A DNA stretch of 64,000 nucleotides from a virus. The stretch lies in the IMG/VR virus record IMGVR_UViG_3300003322_000128, positions 1-64,000 of that record; one strand, written 5' to 3'. Shown here piece after piece: positions 1 to 9,243 of the stretch; the first letter of the stretch is position 1, and each line of letters starts with the position of its first letter. The position numbers and the translations under genes are program-made. Below the pieces are notes generated by a model. The model was given only the letters and a program-made list of their open reading frames with translations. It had not been told where the DNA came from and made no database searches.

Positions 1-2
1 AT

Positions 3-116
3 ATCTCAAAGTCTATCATTATCAACAAGGAAAAGACACCGTTTGACAAGTACGCATATAAGGTGTTTAATCAGGACTGTGATTCAGTAATCGATGAAGT
101 TTTGGAGTCTCTGTGA
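3..116 (+). CDS. C-terminal fragment of a Sir2/CobB-family sirtuin (partial)
   Basis: Frame 3 reads ISKSIIINKEKTPFDKYAYKVFNQDCDSVIDEVL*, resembling the sirtuin C-terminal IIN..TP.D motif. Confidence 0.6.
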   Translation: MSKSIIINKEKTPFDKYAYKVFNQDCDSVIDEVLESL

Positions 117-237
117 GAATTTATAAGGTCCATAAGAGTTTGCCATGTTCTATAAGATTTAGCCGTAGACCTTCAGGACATGTTGAAATCTGTATTTTTC
201 GGTATGTCATTACAACAGAGCCTAAGTGAGGTAAGAT

Positions 238-705
238 ATGGTAAAGTATGTCAAGGGTGACGCAACGAAGCCACAGGGTGATGGTAAGAAGATTATCGCT
301 CATGTGTGCAATGATAAGGGTGGCTGGGGAGCTGGATTTGTTCTTGCTTTGAATAAGCTTTCCATGAAGCCACAGAAGTTGTATCGGAATATGTATGAGC
401 GTAGGCGTGATTACTTCCTGCCTCTTGGCGCGACCCAGACTGTTTACTTGTCTGATGACCTGTACGTCTTGAATATGATTGCTCAACATGGTACAGTGAG
501 CAAGTTGAATCCGCAGCCTCTTTGCTATGATGCCCTTGAGATTGCTCTTGAGCAACTTGCTGAGCTTGCAATTGAGCTTGGTGCGACTGTTCATATGCCT
601 CGTATTGGTTGCGGTCTTGCGGGGGGTTCGTGGGATGTGGTAGAATCGATTATCAACCGAACGCTAACGCTGAGGGATGTCGATGTCACAGTCTATGACC
701 TTTGA
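238..705 (+). CDS. Macrodomain ADP-ribosylhydrolase (TARG1/DarG-like)
   Basis: GDAT, IIAHVCNDKGGWGAGF and MPRIGCGLAGGSW motifs. Confidence 0.9.
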   Translation: MVKYVKGDATKPQGDGKKIIAHVCNDKGGWGAGFVLALNKLSMKPQKLYRNMYERRRDYFLPLGATQTVYLSDDLYVLNMIAQHGTVSKLNPQPLCYDALEIALEQLAELAIELGATVHMPRIGCGLAGGSWDVVESIINRTLTLRDVDVTVYDL

Positions 706-919
706 ACAACTTCATTTGTTTGATATTGATATCATTCCGTGGGGTTATTGCTATGATTGCTACACCAAGACGGAGTGGAAGGTTGAGTGGTCTAGGCCAT
801 GGTGCGATGTTTGTAAGAAGCATATAACACCACATAATTGGTCTATGCAAAAGAAGTTTAAGGAGCTTGCCGTAAAGAATAGGTTCCTTAACAAGACTGT
901 TAAAATTGTAGAATGGTAG
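695..919 (+). CDS. hypothetical protein, Cys pairs
   Basis: ORF overlapping the upstream stop; two CxxC. Confidence 0.5.
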   Translation: MTFEQLHLFDIDIIPWGYCYDCYTKTEWKVEWSRPWCDVCKKHITPHNWSMQKKFKELAVKNRFLNKTVKIVEW

Positions 920-922
920 ACA

Positions 923-1117
923 ATGCGAGATTTCGTAAATGGTGACAAGGTGGAAGTACTGTCACCACGTGAGGAAAAGGGTGCCCAGGGAATTGTAACT
1001 GAGGTTACTTCTAAGGGATGCACTGTAAGAATTACTAGTTCTGGCCCTAGTTTTAAGATGACCAAGAAGATTGGTGAAGAAATCGGATATCTTAAGAGAA
1101 ATCTTAGGAGAATTTGA
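923..1117 (+). CDS. small SH3/KOW-like hypothetical protein
   Basis: F..GDKVEV...G.VTEV pattern. Confidence 0.55.
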   Translation: MRDFVNGDKVEVLSPREEKGAQGIVTEVTSKGCTVRITSSGPSFKMTKKIGEEIGYLKRNLRRI

Positions 1118-1174
1118 TTTTGGCGGGGATTCGTCCCCGCAAGCTTTCATTGGTACAACAAAAGGAGATAACCA

Positions 1175-3094
1175 ATGCGACCAAATTCGGCCGTAGCTAC
1201 TCGAATTGGTGACCTTGGTGGAGAAAAGGTTGCCATGTCGTTTGACCAGAACAGTCTTGCTCATATCATGTCTGTTCTGACGGACTTGTATTCTGACCCG
1301 GAGCTTGCTATTGTACGAGAGTACAGCACCAATGCTTGGGATGCACAAGTTCGGGCGGGTGTTACTAGTCCCATTGAAGTTTATACACCAAATTCTCTAA
1401 GCCCTATGTTTAAGGTTAAGGATAATGGTGTTGGAATGAATGCGGATGATATCCGCAAGGTTTATTCTCAGTATGGTGCTTCTACTAAGCGTGATTCTGA
1501 TGAGTTTACAGGAATGCTTGGTCTTGGTTGTAAGGCAGCACTTACTTACACGAATCAGTTCATGGTTAATTCTGTGAAGGATGGAATTCGTACTCAGGTT
1601 GTTGTTTCCCGGACCGAAGATGGTTCTGGTATTATGGAGATTCTTTCTGAGACGGAAACTGATGACAGCAATGGTGTTGAAATCACTGTTCCTGTTAAGA
1701 AGAATAACCTTTTTCACCGCAAGTCTACGGAGTTCTTCAGGTTTTGGCATGAGGGCACTGTCCTTCTTAATGGAGCTGAGCCAGAAAAGATTCAGGGGCG
1801 TAAGCTTACTGATGACCTAATTCTTGTTCCGAACCTTGAGAATGACTTTGTTGTTATGGGTCATGTTGCTTATCCGATTGATAGTGAGCATGCAATTCAT
1901 CGGCGGGACTGGCGTTCCCGTTTTGGTGTTATTGCCAAGGTTCAGATTGGTGATGTAACCTTTACACCATCACGAGAGGCTTTGCAGTATACTATTCGTA
2001 CAGAAAAGACTCTTGATGGGCTGAGGGATAAGTTCGCTCAGAATCTAACTGCGGCGGCGCAGCGCGATATTGACGCCTGTGATAATCACATGGATGCTGC
2101 AAAGGCTTTCTGTGACTGGTCTAAGATTCTTTATGGGCACATTCAGCGTGGACATAAGTTCACTTACATGGATGAGTCTATTCCCACTGAGATTAATATC
2201 AAGGGTGGAATGAATTTCAGACTTCATTATAGTCGCGGTGCTGTTGATGAAGCCCGCTATGAGTCTATTGATTCTCTGACGAATCGTGTGGTAATCTATA
2301 ATTACACGAACGTTGATATCAAGAGTCATAATCGTGAGAAGATTAGGCTGTGGCTTAGTCAGAGTTCCGTTCCTCAAACAAATGTAATTCTTGTTGTGGA
2401 TGAACTTCCTGAGATTTTTGGTAAGTGGGTTAGTGATGAACACACATACGATTGGGAAGATGTAAAGAAGGTTAAGGCTGCTCGACAGACTGTTGAGAGG
2501 ACTGAGCCAACTTATGATGTCTATACTTCTGCGGGATTCCGGTCAATGACACTCAGTACCATTGGTGATGAAAAGGTCAAGGCTATGATTTCTTCAGCTA
2601 AGTTGAAGGAGCTTGACCGAAACTTCATTAGTTGGCTGCGCAAGGAATTTCCAGACATGCACGTTGTGCGACTTGCCAGCAATCGATGGGATAAGTTGCG
2701 GCGGGAACGAAAGAACGTCACCACGGTTCATGAGGTTCTTGTGAAGCACTACAAGAATGTGGTAGACTCTCTTACAGAGGACGACAAGATTTACATGATG
2801 TTGGATTACAACTCAAAGTACATCCTGCCGAATTTGGACGAGTCTGAAGTTCATGACCCCATGCTTGCTAAGATGATTAGGGCTAGCAAGACGCTGGTTG
2901 AATCTGATAATGTTAAGAAGTATCAGGCTGCCAGGACTATGGTGCTGCAATTTGAGTACCTTGATGAAGTTGACCTTGGCGAGATTTATCAGCCATTTGA
3001 AAAGTATCCGCTTCTTAACGCCTTGAATCGTCATGACTACGAAACGTCACGCAATCATGCAATTCAGTATGTGAACATGGTTTACGCGATGTAA
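1175..3094 (+). CDS. rIIA: rIIA-like protein (N-terminal GHKL ATPase)
   Basis: LYSDPELAIVREYSTNAWDA, VKDNGVGM, YGASTK, GMLGLG motifs; followed by an rIIB-like gene. Confidence 0.88.
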   Translation: MRPNSAVATRIGDLGGEKVAMSFDQNSLAHIMSVLTDLYSDPELAIVREYSTNAWDAQVRAGVTSPIEVYTPNSLSPMFKVKDNGVGMNADDIRKVYSQYGASTKRDSDEFTGMLGLGCKAALTYTNQFMVNSVKDGIRTQVVVSRTEDGSGIMEILSETETDDSNGVEITVPVKKNNLFHRKSTEFFRFWHEGTVLLNGAEPEKIQGRKLTDDLILVPNLENDFVVMGHVAYPIDSEHAIHRRDWRSRFGVIAKVQIGDVTFTPSREALQYTIRTEKTLDGLRDKFAQNLTAAAQRDIDACDNHMDAAKAFCDWSKILYGHIQRGHKFTYMDESIPTEINIKGGMNFRLHYSRGAVDEARYESIDSLTNRVVIYNYTNVDIKSHNREKIRLWLSQSSVPQTNVILVVDELPEIFGKWVSDEHTYDWEDVKKVKAARQTVERTEPTYDVYTSAGFRSMTLSTIGDEKVKAMISSAKLKELDRNFISWLRKEFPDMHVVRLASNRWDKLRRERKNVTTVHEVLVKHYKNVVDSLTEDDKIYMMLDYNSKYILPNLDESEVHDPMLAKMIRASKTLVESDNVKKYQAARTMVLQFEYLDEVDLGEIYQPFEKYPLLNALNRHDYETSRNHAIQYVNMVYAM

Positions 3095-3149
3095 TCGCGG
3101 CGGGCTTTATGCCCGCAAGCTTCCTAAGATATCTAATAAGGAGTAATAA

Positions 3150-4109
3150 ATGAGTTTTCCATTTAGCATCTTCCGTTTCTCTGAGTCCGATGAAGTTAAT
3201 CTGACTGCATTCATTGATGGAGAGATGTATTCTTGCACAAGCGGTCATGACAATTATGACCGCATTAAGGAAATGTGCGAAGCGGGCGATGCTTCTGTTG
3301 TTGCCCTGTTCGATGTTTCTGCTGCTGAAGAGCGTTTTCGGCGGCTTTCTGAGCGGGTTTCCATCAGTGGTGGCGTTATCTACTTTGATGGTGAGCCAGT
3401 AAACAATGCTCTAACCGAGCAGGTTGTTCGATTCATTAATGAGGGTGTTGAAGACTTCAATCCTCTGATTCTCTTTTTCGAGAAGGTTCAGACGAATCCA
3501 AATCCTCACAGCCGTGAGCAGCTTTACCGTTGGCTTAACGACAGGTCTTTCACGATTAACCCGGACGGCAACATTCTTGCTTACAAGGGCGTCCGGAAGG
3601 TTGGCGATGCTTATGAGAGCATTCACCACGGTCGTGCTGTTGTAGATGGTGAGGTTCACAATGGTGCCATTCCTAACCCGATTGGCGCGGTTATTGAGAT
3701 GCCTCGCGGAGAAGTTCAGCATGACCCGTCTCGCGGGTGCCATACTGGTCTTCACGCCGGTACGTGGAATTACGCAAGTGGATTTGCTGAGGGTGCAGTT
3801 CTGACTGTCGAGATTAATCCACGGGACGTAGTTTCCGTACCAACGGACTGTCAGGACCAAAAGATGCGCGTTTGCCGGTACACTGTTGTTGAGGTTGTAG
3901 ACCAGGAGCTTCCTGGTGCTCTTCATGGTACGGTTGACACGCCGGATGTTGATGAGTATGATGAAGAGTCTACTGAAGAGGAACTTGGACCAAAGTTTGA
4001 CAACATTCGGAATGTCCAGACGTATCAGCCGGTAGGACATCTGTACACCGTTCCTTATCCTTATGATGAAGATGATGATGACGAGTACGATGCACCCTGG
4101 AATCAGTAA
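3150..4109 (+). CDS. rIIB: rIIB-like protein
   Basis: NPNPHSREQLYRWL, ILAYKGV, CHTGLHAG, INPRDVVSVPTD, KMRVCRY motifs. Confidence 0.88.
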   Translation: MSFPFSIFRFSESDEVNLTAFIDGEMYSCTSGHDNYDRIKEMCEAGDASVVALFDVSAAEERFRRLSERVSISGGVIYFDGEPVNNALTEQVVRFINEGVEDFNPLILFFEKVQTNPNPHSREQLYRWLNDRSFTINPDGNILAYKGVRKVGDAYESIHHGRAVVDGEVHNGAIPNPIGAVIEMPRGEVQHDPSRGCHTGLHAGTWNYASGFAEGAVLTVEINPRDVVSVPTDCQDQKMRVCRYTVVEVVDQELPGALHGTVDTPDVDEYDEESTEEELGPKFDNIRNVQTYQPVGHLYTVPYPYDEDDDDEYDAPWNQ

Positions 4110-4160
4110 TTGATTCCGCCCCCTGAATTGGGGGCAAGCTTTCTAATAAAGGAGAAGGAA

Positions 4161-4343
4161 ATGCTATTCTACATTCAAGAACGTTCGACTGGAAAGCCTT
4201 GCCGACTCGACAGGGATGATAATATTGTTCCATGCGATGACTTTGCCGATATGGTAATCATTCGTGATATGGAATACGCAAGAGGTCTTGTGGCAAACGA
4301 CTACAGGTTTTGTGCAAGGGTATTCTTCGGGCAGATTATCTAA
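4161..4343 (+). CDS. hypothetical protein
   Basis: AAGGAG RBS, ORF. Confidence 0.6.
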   Translation: MLFYIQERSTGKPCRLDRDDNIVPCDDFADMVIIRDMEYARGLVANDYRFCARVFFGQII

Positions 4344-4355
4344 GGAGGTATATTT

Positions 4356-4517
4356 ATGCGAGAATTTGTACGCAAGCTGATGGATAGGGATTGGTACCCT
4401 GAAGACGATGTTCCAGAATTTTCTACGATTGAAGAAGAGGACTTCTGGAAGCCGGGCGGATGGATTGATAATAGGTCACACTGGCAACAGTATGACGAAA
4501 TGCCATGGAATGGATGA
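4356..4517 (+). CDS. small hypothetical protein
   Basis: AAGGAGG RBS, 53-codon ORF. Confidence 0.55.
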   Translation: MREFVRKLMDRDWYPEDDVPEFSTIEEEDFWKPGGWIDNRSHWQQYDEMPWNG

Positions 4518-4520
4518 GTA

Positions 4521-5294
4521 ATGAAGGTTATGGTCCTTGGGGACACACATGGTGAGACTCAGTGGCTGAAGAATATGGTTAATAAGGCCAAGCGAATGGG
4601 TTGTGACCGAATTCTTCAGGTTGGCGATTTTGGTATTTGGACTCACGAAGCAGAGGGTCACCGCTTTCTTGATACTGCAAATGAGGAACTACGACGAAAT
4701 GGTTTGAAGTTGTATTTTCTCGGCGGGAATCATGAAAACTGGGACCACCTCAATTGGTGGGAAAAGAACAACGCGAAGTCTTATCACGGACACGTATATG
4801 TTAGGTCTCACATTCTTTATACCGGGCGAGTTAATCGTTGGGTATGGGGAGAAAAGGGTTCTGAGAAAGTTTTTCAGGTTGTAGGTGGTGCTGTTTCTGT
4901 AGACAAGAATCATCGTACAGTTGGAAAGACTCTGTGGCTTGATGAGGAAATTCCTGAGCGGGTTGTTTATGGACTTGAGAAGGCTAACCGTCCATGTGAT
5001 TATCTGTTCACACACGATGCACCTACCTGTGTTCCGATGAGCAATTTGAAGCCTGACATTGATTCTGCTAGGCATCGTGGATATATGGACCGAATTGGGC
5101 GGGCTACCCGGCCGAACCTTTGGTTCCATGGCCACTATCATAAGTGGATGGAATATTCCTTTATGCACCAGCAGGGCTATTCATTTGTTTATGGGCTTGA
5201 CCGCGATTTCCAATTTTACAGTTATGTGATTTTGGACACAGATTCTGATAGCGTAAAGATGGCAACTGGCAAGGTTATCGAGCACGGGAATTGA
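4521..5294 (+). CDS. calcineurin-like metallophosphoesterase
   Basis: GDTHG, VGDFG, GNHE, THDAP, HGHYH motifs. Confidence 0.9.
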   Translation: MKVMVLGDTHGETQWLKNMVNKAKRMGCDRILQVGDFGIWTHEAEGHRFLDTANEELRRNGLKLYFLGGNHENWDHLNWWEKNNAKSYHGHVYVRSHILYTGRVNRWVWGEKGSEKVFQVVGGAVSVDKNHRTVGKTLWLDEEIPERVVYGLEKANRPCDYLFTHDAPTCVPMSNLKPDIDSARHRGYMDRIGRATRPNLWFHGHYHKWMEYSFMHQQGYSFVYGLDRDFQFYSYVILDTDSDSVKMATGKVIEHGN

Positions 5295-5381
5295 GTCATT
5301 TGCCATTTGAAAATAAACCTTCTATAATTGACTTTATGGAGGTTGAAGCCTCCGAAAGTTTGAAGGAGGTGTAACATTCAA

Positions 5382-5819
5382 ATGGCAAATGATGAAAAGG
5401 CTCCAGAGTCACGTATCCTTTCTAAGGAAGAGCGTGCTGAGGCACTAAAGGCTTCTGATGCTAAGGCTGCAAAGCAGGAGTACAAGCCTTACACGTCAGT
5501 TGACGCCGTTGAACCACATGGTCCACATGGTGTTGAGGAGGCTGCCGCTAAGCGTGCTAAGGATGCTGGTGTGACTGACCCTGCCTTCGTTAATTACGAA
5601 GAGGCTCTAGAGAATTACCAGGCCCGTCCTGACGTTGAGCCACTAAATGAGCGTCGTGCTCGTGAGGGTGGTCGTGATTTCAACGCAGCTTCATTCCGTC
5701 GTGAGGTTGGAGGAACGGACAATGCAGGAGTAACCACTTCTGAGGACGTTTCTACAGATTCTGATGACGACAAGACAGCAAACAAGACTTCCGCTGTTCG
5801 TAAGCCTGCATCTAAGTAA
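5382..5819 (+). CDS. hypothetical acidic protein in its own transcription unit
   Basis: TTGCCA-17-TATAAT upstream, AAGGAGG RBS, terminator downstream. Confidence 0.7.
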   Translation: MANDEKAPESRILSKEERAEALKASDAKAAKQEYKPYTSVDAVEPHGPHGVEEAAAKRAKDAGVTDPAFVNYEEALENYQARPDVEPLNERRAREGGRDFNAASFRREVGGTDNAGVTTSEDVSTDSDDDKTANKTSAVRKPASK

Positions 5820-5837
5820 GTCTAAGAAGTTTGGTGA

Positions 5838-5877
5838 AAACCCGGTGTTGACAAAGCGCCGGGTTTTTGCTTATACT
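5838..5877 (+). terminator. intrinsic terminator with overlapping TTGACA-18-TATACT promoter
   Basis: AAACCCGGTGTT/AGCGCCGGGTTT stem plus T run; TTGACA 5848, TATACT 5872. Confidence 0.7.
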
Positions 5878-5942
5878 AGAAAGCCAGGAGGGAAAATGAA
5901 CTGGTGGTGTAAGAACTGTCATCTATGTGGAAGGCCAAAGGA

Positions 5943-6227
5943 ATGAAGTACCAAGAGGCTGTCAGAGTTTGGGGAGCAAAGAGACTTTCAACAGACAAGA
6001 GGCATGTTAACCCTGATGATGTCATGGTATTCATGGACTTTGATGAAGGATTCGCGTGTTGCGGTGGAACCCAAGAAGGCTGTTATTGTTCTTATGCATA
6101 TGGTCCTTCAGCAAATGTGGTAATTTCTGCCGGGAATTTGAGGGAGACCATCAATGTAGAAGACTTCAACTTTGTTGAAGTTGTAGGAGAAATTGTCAAG
6201 GCTGCCGATGGCATCTTGACAGACTAG
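5943..6227 (+). CDS. hypothetical protein
   Basis: ORF, Cys-rich centre. Confidence 0.55.
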   Translation: MKYQEAVRVWGAKRLSTDKRHVNPDDVMVFMDFDEGFACCGGTQEGCYCSYAYGPSANVVISAGNLRETINVEDFNFVEVVGEIVKAADGILTD

Positions 6228-6240
6228 GGCTTAGGCCCAT

Positions 6241-6315
6241 AACCCGGTAGCTCAGTTGGTTTAGAGCAGCTTCCTTTTAAGTTGCAGGTCGTGGGTTCAA
6301 GTCCCACTCGGGTTA
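6241..6315 (+). tRNA. tRNA-Lys(UUU)
   Basis: Cloverleaf: AACCCGG/TCGGGTT acceptor, CT-TTT-AA loop, GTTCAAGT T arm; two U-U mismatches in the anticodon stem; no CCA. Confidence 0.85.
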
Positions 6316-6385
6316 CTCTTGACACAGACGTGTCAACTTTGTTAAAATACTTGTATGATGCAAATTGAACGAAAGGTAAAGACCT

Positions 6386-6619
6386 ATGCCTAATCTTGGT
6401 TACAAGGCGGCACACCGATTTGTCCGTGAGCAGCGTTCGCTTGGAAACAACGTTCGTTGGGATGGATGGGATATGGTGTTTTGGAAGCCAACGCGCCATG
6501 GCTTCAACAGTGTTAACGGAGCATTTCTTAACGGCCGATGGGGCGTTGAGAGCAGGATTTCCGTTGATACTGACGGTGTGTGGAAGGTCCCTAATAAGAA
6601 TGTCAAGTCTTCTCGATGA
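6386..6619 (+). CDS. hypothetical protein
   Basis: ORF with RBS downstream of a TTGACA promoter. Confidence 0.65.
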   Translation: MPNLGYKAAHRFVREQRSLGNNVRWDGWDMVFWKPTRHGFNSVNGAFLNGRWGVESRISVDTDGVWKVPNKNVKSSR

Positions 6620-6914
6620 ATTTGGACTAGACCCTGACGATTTTGAATGGCAAGACTTGGCCTTGTGTGCTAATATGCCTACATCATTCTTTTACGATAA
6701 ATATGAGACTGATGAAGAAACGGCAAAGGCAACTGACCAAGTCTGCCTTCATTGTCCAGTAATGAAACGGTGTTTCTTTGCAGGTGCAGACGGAGAGCAC
6801 GGTGTTTGGGGCGGGGTTTATTGGAATGGTGCTGGAAATCCAGAAAAGAATAGAAACTCTCACAAAACCCAAGAAATTTGGGATGAGATTCAAAGTGTGG
6901 TGAAAAACACATGA
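6600..6914 (+). CDS. whiB: WhiB-family Fe-S transcription factor
   Basis: WQDLALC...FF...VCLHCPVMKRC...GVWGG: four Cys plus the GVWGG turn. Confidence 0.9.
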   Translation: MSSLLDEFGLDPDDFEWQDLALCANMPTSFFYDKYETDEETAKATDQVCLHCPVMKRCFFAGADGEHGVWGGVYWNGAGNPEKNRNSHKTQEIWDEIQSVVKNT

Positions 6915-7165
6915 CAAAATACACCACTGAGATTCAGAGAATCTTCAAGGGTTTTAAGCCACCTTATCCAAATTTTATTGTAGATATTGTTGAATTCAAT
7001 GATTATCTCTCTTTGAGAGTGTATAAAGACAACATTGAGTCATTTAGTGAGTCGCAGAAAGTAGCACTTGCAGAATATCTCTACAGGGTTAGAGATGCTA
7101 TTAGGTCCGAAGTCAACTGCCACATTGAGGGAGTTACCAATGCACCACCTTCTAGAAGAAACTGA
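6911..7165 (+). CDS. hypothetical protein
   Basis: Start overlaps the upstream stop. Confidence 0.65.
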   Translation: MTKYTTEIQRIFKGFKPPYPNFIVDIVEFNDYLSLRVYKDNIESFSESQKVALAEYLYRVRDAIRSEVNCHIEGVTNAPPSRRN

Positions 7166-7169
7166 CCGA

Positions 7170-7334
7170 ATGACCCGGATTCATATGATTGATGAGAATG
7201 TTCCGGGTTGGCTTATCCAAGAGAACGCATTTTTTTCGCGGGTCGCGTATGACTACCTTGGACACCATTATGAAATTGACGTTCTCAATGATGATTACAT
7301 TGTTGTAGAACAGATTGGATATGAAAGCGATTGA
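7170..7334 (+). CDS. hypothetical protein
   Basis: Closely packed ORF. Confidence 0.5.
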   Translation: MTRIHMIDENVPGWLIQENAFFSRVAYDYLGHHYEIDVLNDDYIVVEQIGYESD

Positions 7335-7570
7335 GCGAAGTAGTATGCTACTGTTGTGGGGAGCAGCGCCATGAACTACGTGCGCACAAATCAAAACTTA
7401 TTGCCGACAAAAAGTATATGTTCTGTTCTAAGTGTAAGGCTGCTGGTCATGAGCCTCGCTATGTTCTGATTCTTGTGGCCAGGGCGGAAGGAACAAATTC
7501 TGTTGCAGAATTTATTAGAGGCGGAAAGTATTGTGGGCAGGCTATTCTTGGGCGCGAGATGATTCCCTGA
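7331..7570 (+). CDS. hypothetical zinc-binding protein
   Basis: CYCC...CSKC. Confidence 0.6.
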   Translation: MSEVVCYCCGEQRHELRAHKSKLIADKKYMFCSKCKAAGHEPRYVLILVARAEGTNSVAEFIRGGKYCGQAILGREMIP

Positions 7571-7601
7571 CAATTGAAAAACGGGCGGGTTTTCCCGTCA
7601 A

Positions 7602-7678
7602 CCCCGGTTAGCTTAACTGGCAAAAGCGGCGTAGTTATAATACGTTGGTTGTGGGTTCGAATCCCGCACTGGGGACCA
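7602..7678 (+). tRNA. tRNA-Ile(UAU)
   Basis: CCCCGGT/ACTGGGG acceptor, loop GT-TAT-AA, GTTCGAAT T arm, encoded CCA. Confidence 0.85.
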
Positions 7679-7728
7679 TAATAAATACGTAATTGGACAT
7701 TTAAGTATTGCCAAGTTATACTTTTAAT

Positions 7729-8157
7729 ATGTCCAGACTAGTGAAATACGCTAGGAGTGTGTCCGAAAAACCGACAGAAGCTATCGAAGCAATTGTTGCT
7801 TTGGCTGTATTTTTGGCGGGGCTTTGGTTCCTTACTCCATATTATAAGCCATCTTCGTCTGTTCAGTCTCAGATTTGGGAAAGCGCACATATTCCTCAAT
7901 ATACTGGTGCTGTACAGATGGTTGTAGCAGGTCTTTTGCTATTTGCTCTGGTCAGAAAAGGTTGGGCAAGAAGGCAAATGATTCGTCGTCAGGCGACATT
8001 TGCCATTTTCATTCTCTATCTCTTCTACGGACTTTCCTCAACTATGATTCTAGGTTTGGGGAGGGTTTCATGGATTGCTACATTTGCACTGGCACTCATT
8101 TCAGGCGTGGCACATCTAAGGTTGAAGTGGGAGGAGGGTAATCATGCCAGAGATTAG
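7729..8157 (+). CDS. 4-TM membrane protein (holin-like?)
   Basis: Four hydrophobic segments; probable leaderless start after TATACT. Confidence 0.65.
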   Translation: MSRLVKYARSVSEKPTEAIEAIVALAVFLAGLWFLTPYYKPSSSVQSQIWESAHIPQYTGAVQMVVAGLLLFALVRKGWARRQMIRRQATFAIFILYLFYGLSSTMILGLGRVSWIATFALALISGVAHLRLKWEEGNHARD

Positions 8158-8443
8158 TCAGGCGTGGCTTGCCCTGCTTGGGGCTTTGCTAGGTGGTTCA
8201 GGACTTAAGTTTATTGAGCATTGGCTTAGCCGTTCAAAGATTCGTGATGATGCTGCCGCGCAAATGAGGACTGAGCTTCGTGAAGAAATTAAGGGGCTTA
8301 GGGAAGAATTGCGCACAGTTGAAGATGAACTTGATAAGTGGCGAGGCAAGTACTATGAACTTATGGACGAATTCATGAAGGCAAAGGGAGACCTTGCCGA
8401 GGCTTTGCGCAATGCACAGAACAAGGCGAATGGACAACCTTGA
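8144..8443 (+). CDS. membrane-anchored coiled-coil protein
   Basis: N-terminal TM followed by heptad-rich helix. Confidence 0.65.
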   Translation: MPEISQAWLALLGALLGGSGLKFIEHWLSRSKIRDDAAAQMRTELREEIKGLREELRTVEDELDKWRGKYYELMDEFMKAKGDLAEALRNAQNKANGQP

Positions 8444-8499
8444 CCAGTGCAAGCGAGCGGAGCGCTATATCTCCGCATCTAAGAAGGGAGGTGTAAGTT

Positions 8500-8775
8500 T
8501 TGGCATATTATCAGATTTCCGGGTTTTACTATGATGATGATACAGACAATGTCTTTATCTATATCACTAAGCCTGTAGAAGTAGGATATGAGCATGCATT
8601 TGATGCACAGCCCGTCGATATTTATGAGGCTCAGATTTTCCTAGATGGTAACTCCACGCTTATTCAGAAGTGGCGTCCACCATCTGTTGATGGTGAGGTT
8701 CCGGGTGGTATCTATGGAAGAGAGGCAGACCCAAGCGGTAACGTAATTCTTCCGCTTGAAGATGCACCTGAGTGA
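8500..8775 (+). CDS. hypothetical protein
   Basis: GGGAGG RBS, TTG start. Confidence 0.6.
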   Translation: MAYYQISGFYYDDDTDNVFIYITKPVEVGYEHAFDAQPVDIYEAQIFLDGNSTLIQKWRPPSVDGEVPGGIYGREADPSGNVILPLEDAPE

Positions 8776-8778
8776 CGC

Positions 8779-8807
8779 TTGACAGACCATAATGGTTTTG
8801 CTAAGAT
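8779..8807 (+). promoter_or_regulatory. sigma70/HrdB-type promoter for the tRNA cluster
   Basis: TTGACA-17-TAAGAT. Confidence 0.7.
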
Positions 8808-8922
8808 AGAACATGCGAGAGGGAGAAAGACCCTCAACGTCTGTCAGTAGGCGGAGGCACTAGACAAGAGCTAGTCGCTTAAGATATACTGAATGGAGAA
8901 GAACCGCCACAAAGGGTTCTAT

Positions 8923-8994
8923 GCCGCCATCGTATAACGGCTAGTACGTTGGGTTCTCAGTCCAGAAGTCGGGGTTCGATTCCCCGTGGCGGTA
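8923..8994 (+). tRNA. tRNA-Glu(CUC)
   Basis: GCCGCCA/TGGCGGT acceptor, TT-CTC-AG loop, GTTCGATT T arm. Confidence 0.9.
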
Positions 8995-8995
8995 C

Positions 8996-9154
8996 ATGGC
9001 TAAGGATAAGTACAAAGTTGGAGATTCTGTCCGTGTTGGTTATGAAGGTAAGCGATATGGTGCTAGAGTCATGAAGATTACCGGCAATAAGGCAAGAGTT
9101 AAGCTTAATGAAGGTCCTCACGCCGGAAAAGAATTTGATGTAAACATTGATTAA
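8996..9154 (+). CDS. small SH3/KOW-like protein between tRNAs
   Basis: MAKDKYKVGDSVRVGYEGKRYGARVMKITGNKARVKL... Confidence 0.6.
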   Translation: MAKDKYKVGDSVRVGYEGKRYGARVMKITGNKARVKLNEGPHAGKEFDVNID

Positions 9155-9171
9155 CCGCCCGTAAGGGCAAT

Positions 9172-9243
9172 GCCCCCATCGTCTATGGGTTAGGATTAGA
9201 GGCTTTCAATCTTTAGGAGCGGGTTCGAGTCCCGCTGGGGGTA
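9172..9243 (+). tRNA. tRNA-Glu(UUC)
   Basis: GCCCCCA/TGGGGGT acceptor, CT-TTC-AA loop, GTTCGAGT T arm. Confidence 0.9.

Noticed and set aside
355-1807. AAGCTT occurrences inside coding sequences
   Set aside because: Explained by Lys-Leu codons (AAG CTT) and lack the adjacent hairpin, so they were not counted
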